A stretch of DNA of 64,000 nt, taken from NCBI GenBank assembly GCA_041652535.1, contig JBAZHB010000003.1, forward strand, positions 573 to 64,572, read 5' to 3'. A program made the position numbers and the translations under genes. This document shows positions 61,118 to 64,000 of this stretch, piece by piece (the stretch's first letter is position 1; each line of letters opens with the position of its first letter). Below the pieces are notes generated by a model that was not told where the DNA came from, ran no database searches, and saw nothing but the letters and a program-made list of their open reading frames with translations. The stretch comes from Candidatus Babeliales bacterium (GTDB lineage Bacteria; Babelota; Babeliae; Babelales; RVW-14).

Positions 61118-61438
61118 ATGCCTGAAACCATTGAAGTTGGCGACCTTGCCAAACCGATTGCAGTCAGCGCGCTCACGAAAGATGAGTTTATCGCTATGAC
61201 TGAAGCCGACAAGATTAAAGTTCTCGTCGCAGAAAAGGAAGAAGTCCTCGCAAAACAAGATGAGCAGAAAATGAAATCTGCTTTTTATATAGCGCGAGAT
61301 GTTGAACTCAAAGCCTTTGATGAACAAGCAAAGATTCGTCTTGGAGATTTCCAAACTCAACTCTCCAATGAACGCACCATCATAGAAAAGAAATGGATGG
61401 ATGCTGAAGCACTTGGCACATTCGTTATTCCACAGTAG
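61118..61438 (+). CDS. Hypothetical protein (106 aa)
   Basis: ORF track. Confidence 0.5.
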   Translation: MPETIEVGDLAKPIAVSALTKDEFIAMTEADKIKVLVAEKEEVLAKQDEQKMKSAFYIARDVELKAFDEQAKIRLGDFQTQLSNERTIIEKKWMDAEALGTFVIPQ

Positions 61439-61484
61439 GGTGTAATAACACTCTGCTAGAACATTACTTTTGAGGATTGAAACT

Positions 61485-61841
61485 ATGTCAAACCCAGTTT
61501 GTAGTATGTATTCAGAAGGTGCAACCGAGATTCTCACATCCGTTGCATCTCCAGGAACCGCAACAAGTATTGATACTCGCGGATTCCGAACAGGTATGAT
61601 CGCCATTAGAAACTATGGTGGCGAGGATATGCACACGCTTCAGTACGTCATTAAAAGTTACGCTAACTATGCTGGTGCGACTGCGGGTGCAGAGGAAGTA
61701 TCAATCGCAGACATCGCTCCTAATGCAACTGTCACATTCGTATGGACAGAGAAAGCACGAGCGCGCTTTGAAGTGACCATCACTCCGAAGGTTGTCGGCG
61801 ATCAGAGTCAGTATAAGATTGAACACTGTCTTGCTCTTTAA
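61485..61841 (+). CDS. Hypothetical protein (118 aa)
   Basis: GAGGA SD before ATG 61485. Confidence 0.5.
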   Translation: MSNPVCSMYSEGATEILTSVASPGTATSIDTRGFRTGMIAIRNYGGEDMHTLQYVIKSYANYAGATAGAEEVSIADIAPNATVTFVWTEKARARFEVTITPKVVGDQSQYKIEHCLAL

Positions 61842-61852
61842 GGAGAACCTTT

Positions 61853-62278
61853 ATGGAAGTTAAATGTCTTGGTATGTATTTTAATGAAACGTCCATCGAC
61901 GAAGATGAAGAACCAAGCATAGACCTGACGATTAAGAAATATGATCTTGATCGCTCGTCTGGGTTTATCATTGGTCGTTTCAAATTTGATATTGAGAGTC
62001 GCTCGAAACTTGTTTTCAGCGTTACCCTCGATGGTAAGAAAGTAGATGACTATGGAACTAACCTTCCTTACTTCGAGAAGTCTGGCATCTACGACACAAC
62101 TCTGTTCCACTATCCTAATAGCGCGAGAGCCAACAAACCAGGTATCCACAGAGTCCACGTTGAATGTGGTCTGATTGATAAGATTGTTGAGTCTAGCGAC
62201 AGGATGAAATGGTATCCAGCAAAGGCAAAGAGCGTCGCTGATTTCGTAATCAGACTTCTTCCTAACGAAACTGAATGA
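61853..62278 (+). CDS. Hypothetical protein (141 aa)
   Basis: ORF track. Confidence 0.5.
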   Translation: MEVKCLGMYFNETSIDEDEEPSIDLTIKKYDLDRSSGFIIGRFKFDIESRSKLVFSVTLDGKKVDDYGTNLPYFEKSGIYDTTLFHYPNSARANKPGIHRVHVECGLIDKIVESSDRMKWYPAKAKSVADFVIRLLPNETE

Positions 62279-62288
62279 GGTGAACCAC

Positions 62289-62423
62289 ATGGTTCAATTT
62301 TTAATCGAAGAAAAGTTTGCAGAGAAACTCCTCGAATATCTAGCGAGCAAACCATACAGCGAAGTGGTTGAACTCGTCGAAGGTATGCGACTGCTCCGCA
62401 AATTTGAGGCTGATAAGAAATGA
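62289..62423 (+). CDS. Mini-protein (44 aa)
   Basis: GAGGTGA SD. MVQFLIEEKFAEKLLEYLASKPYSEVVELVEGMRLLRKFEADKK. ATGA coupling. Confidence 0.4.
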   Translation: MVQFLIEEKFAEKLLEYLASKPYSEVVELVEGMRLLRKFEADKK

Positions 62424-62902
62424 AAGTCGGTGATTTAGTCGAGGATGAATCACTGTATGAGGAACCAGTAGCCATCCCGAAAACAAATGTGATGGTAATA
62501 AATCCCGACGATCCATACGACACGCCCGATGAACGCGCAGAATGTAACGACTTCATCTTCCAGAAATTTTTCTGTTGGTCTGGTGTTGATGGAACATTCT
62601 CAACCTGGCGCGAGCGTCATGTATTCCTTCGTGGATTCCGTAATGGATTTGGAACCACGTTATTCTCGAAGTTTGAATGTACCCCTGCAATGTGGAACGA
62701 CGAGGCTCAATACTATGAGGCTGGTCAAGAGATGGGATACGTTATAAAGATTGGCTTCCAGATAAGCGCTGTATTCATCGCAACTCAACTCGGTGTCCTC
62801 ACGGCACTAACGGGTGGAGTTGATGTGACCACCGCAGTCGAACCGAGTAAAGAACTTGTTTCAAAAATCGTAGATGCAATACTCACTCGCATTGGTCTTT
62901 GA
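62420..62902 (+). CDS. Hypothetical protein with C-terminal TM segment (160 aa)
   Basis: ORF track. Confidence 0.5.
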   Translation: MKVGDLVEDESLYEEPVAIPKTNVMVINPDDPYDTPDERAECNDFIFQKFFCWSGVDGTFSTWRERHVFLRGFRNGFGTTLFSKFECTPAMWNDEAQYYEAGQEMGYVIKIGFQISAVFIATQLGVLTALTGGVDVTTAVEPSKELVSKIVDAILTRIGL

Positions 62903-62911
62903 GGTGTTACC

Positions 62912-63769
62912 GTGGCTGTCGATGGTAAAGGTAGAGTTATCATTGGAAGTAAGATCGACGAATTCGGTCTTATGATTTTTCAAGGTAACTTCAATGAGTT
63001 CGGTAACTTTGCCAAAGCGCAGAGATTGTTCCATGTTATATTGACAGAGATATTGACAATAACGCATGTGAAGCATACAACCTTCAAACGATACGTCGAT
63101 GAGCCAATACAGATTACAGTTTCCAGTGTGCGAGCGCTTTATAAGAGCCTTACAGAAACACTTACAATCACCACATCCAAATCACTACAAGTCACCCGCA
63201 CTATTGCTACCAGCATCTTATTAAGCATTGCTAGACACACAGAATTGAATCGTACGTACCAACAGATTGTGCATATCACTCCAAACTATTACAAGCGATT
63301 CTACATAGTAATGTCATTAGAGATACTGCATCTCACTCAAACTGTTTCACCAATAAAGGCGATCATCACACGACAGGTTCCTGTTATTATTTCTACGGTT
63401 AGAACTCTGTCCTTCAAACGCAATATATCTGAACCAGTAACAATATCAATATCGAGATATGTCAAGCGTCACTTCGATACAACGATACATATAATAGACG
63501 CTAAACGCCATACAACTGTTCGCCGTATAATGAATACTACCGTAACAATAACTGCCATTTACGAAGCAGCAATACCATACATCATGAGATACTTCTCGAC
63601 TAAAGTTCGAGAGGTTGACAAGGCTGTAAATATATATCAGAATATCAAATCATCCTTCGTCAATCGAATAAGACAATCAGAAGTCCGACGTGTGAAAACA
63701 CAGTCGCAGATTTATCCAGTTCATAAAAATTCCAACGTCGCGTTGGATGATGGTCGTGATGTGAAATGA
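62912..63769 (+). CDS. Basic protein built of ~18-aa beta-type repeats (285 aa, GTG start)
   Basis: GAGGTG SD. Recurring [KR]Rx[IV]xEP[IV]xI[ST][IV]S-like units. Confidence 0.5.
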   Translation: MAVDGKGRVIIGSKIDEFGLMIFQGNFNEFGNFAKAQRLFHVILTEILTITHVKHTTFKRYVDEPIQITVSSVRALYKSLTETLTITTSKSLQVTRTIATSILLSIARHTELNRTYQQIVHITPNYYKRFYIVMSLEILHLTQTVSPIKAIITRQVPVIISTVRTLSFKRNISEPVTISISRYVKRHFDTTIHIIDAKRHTTVRRIMNTTVTITAIYEAAIPYIMRYFSTKVREVDKAVNIYQNIKSSFVNRIRQSEVRRVKTQSQIYPVHKNSNVALDDGRDVK

Positions 63770-64000
63770 GAATGAAACAAGGAAATCTTTTTCCGTTTGA
63801 GTATATTCTTCAGTACGATGATGGTACTCCAATAGATTTATCTGGTGCAACTGTCACCATTACAATGACATTGGATGGAGCATCATCTCCTACCGTCGAT
63901 GCTGAAACGTGTGGTATCGTTGACGCTACTGCTGGTAAAATTAAATACACCTGGCAGAGTGGTGAAACTAATGATGTCGGAATGTATATCATAGAATTCT
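63766..64000 (+). CDS. Partial CDS, BppU_N-like baseplate/fibre protein N-terminus
   Basis: ATGA overlap. MRMKQGNLFPFEYILQYDDGTPIDLSGATVTITM... Confidence 0.45.
   Translation, partial: MRMKQGNLFPFEYILQYDDGTPIDLSGATVTITMTLDGASSPTVDAETCGIVDATAGKIKYTWQSGETNDVGMYIIEF

Noticed and set aside
1-64000. tRNA/rRNA genes, CRISPR arrays, integrase/att sites, lysis cassette
   Set aside because: By-eye scanning found no cloverleaf-like GTTCGAATC/T-loop contexts, no regularly spaced 25-40-nt repeats, no tyrosine or serine recombinase motifs and no recognisable endolysin. Absence is provisional without tRNAscan, CRISPR or HMM tools.
1-64000. Alternative genetic code
   Set aside because: Long uninterrupted standard-code ORFs with recognisable motifs occur on both arms. 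All three stop codons are used at coupled gene ends.

Overview
The window reads as most of the genome of a tailed dsDNA virus with a divergent layout. Bases 1-37.6 kb are almost entirely minus-strand genes for replication, nucleotide metabolism, RNA repair, DNA methylation and many tiny Cys-rich or membrane ORFs. Bases 40.9-64 kb are plus-strand morphogenesis genes: terminase, portal, scaffold, capsid, tail tube, chaperone pair, tape measure and a large tail-fibre cluster, with no sheath gene, so siphovirus-like.

The replication genes look archaeal: PCNA with an LAPRIE-type C-terminus, a mini-MCM, an XPF/Hef-type nuclease, family-B polymerase, ATP-dependent ligase and a Cas4-like nuclease. 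Operons are punctuated by TTTAAATA boxes 21-38 nt upstream of first ATGs and preceded by oligo-T runs. I therefore infer an archaeal host; this is inference, not proof.

The two arms are separated by an unusual ~3.3 kb control region (37.6-40.9 kb). About 2.3 kb of it has no credible ORF. It is bracketed by an imperfect ~30-nt inverted repeat and contains an ORB-like dyad, several iteron families and orphan TATA boxes.

Other notable items:
- A tightly coupled cassette of amidoligase, membrane protein, Ntn-amidohydrolase and a GGEE-tailed mini-protein.
- A dispersed RNA-repair toolkit: RtcB, an Rnl5-like ligase, a truncated class II nucleotidyltransferase, a kinase, a SLOG protein and a HAD phosphatase.
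- A likely +1 frameshift in the tail-chaperone pair.
- A frame break in a tail-fibre gene.

All calls rest on motif recognition by eye. Family names are recollections that need HMM confirmation. Coordinates of ORFs shorter than 60 aa were derived by hand.
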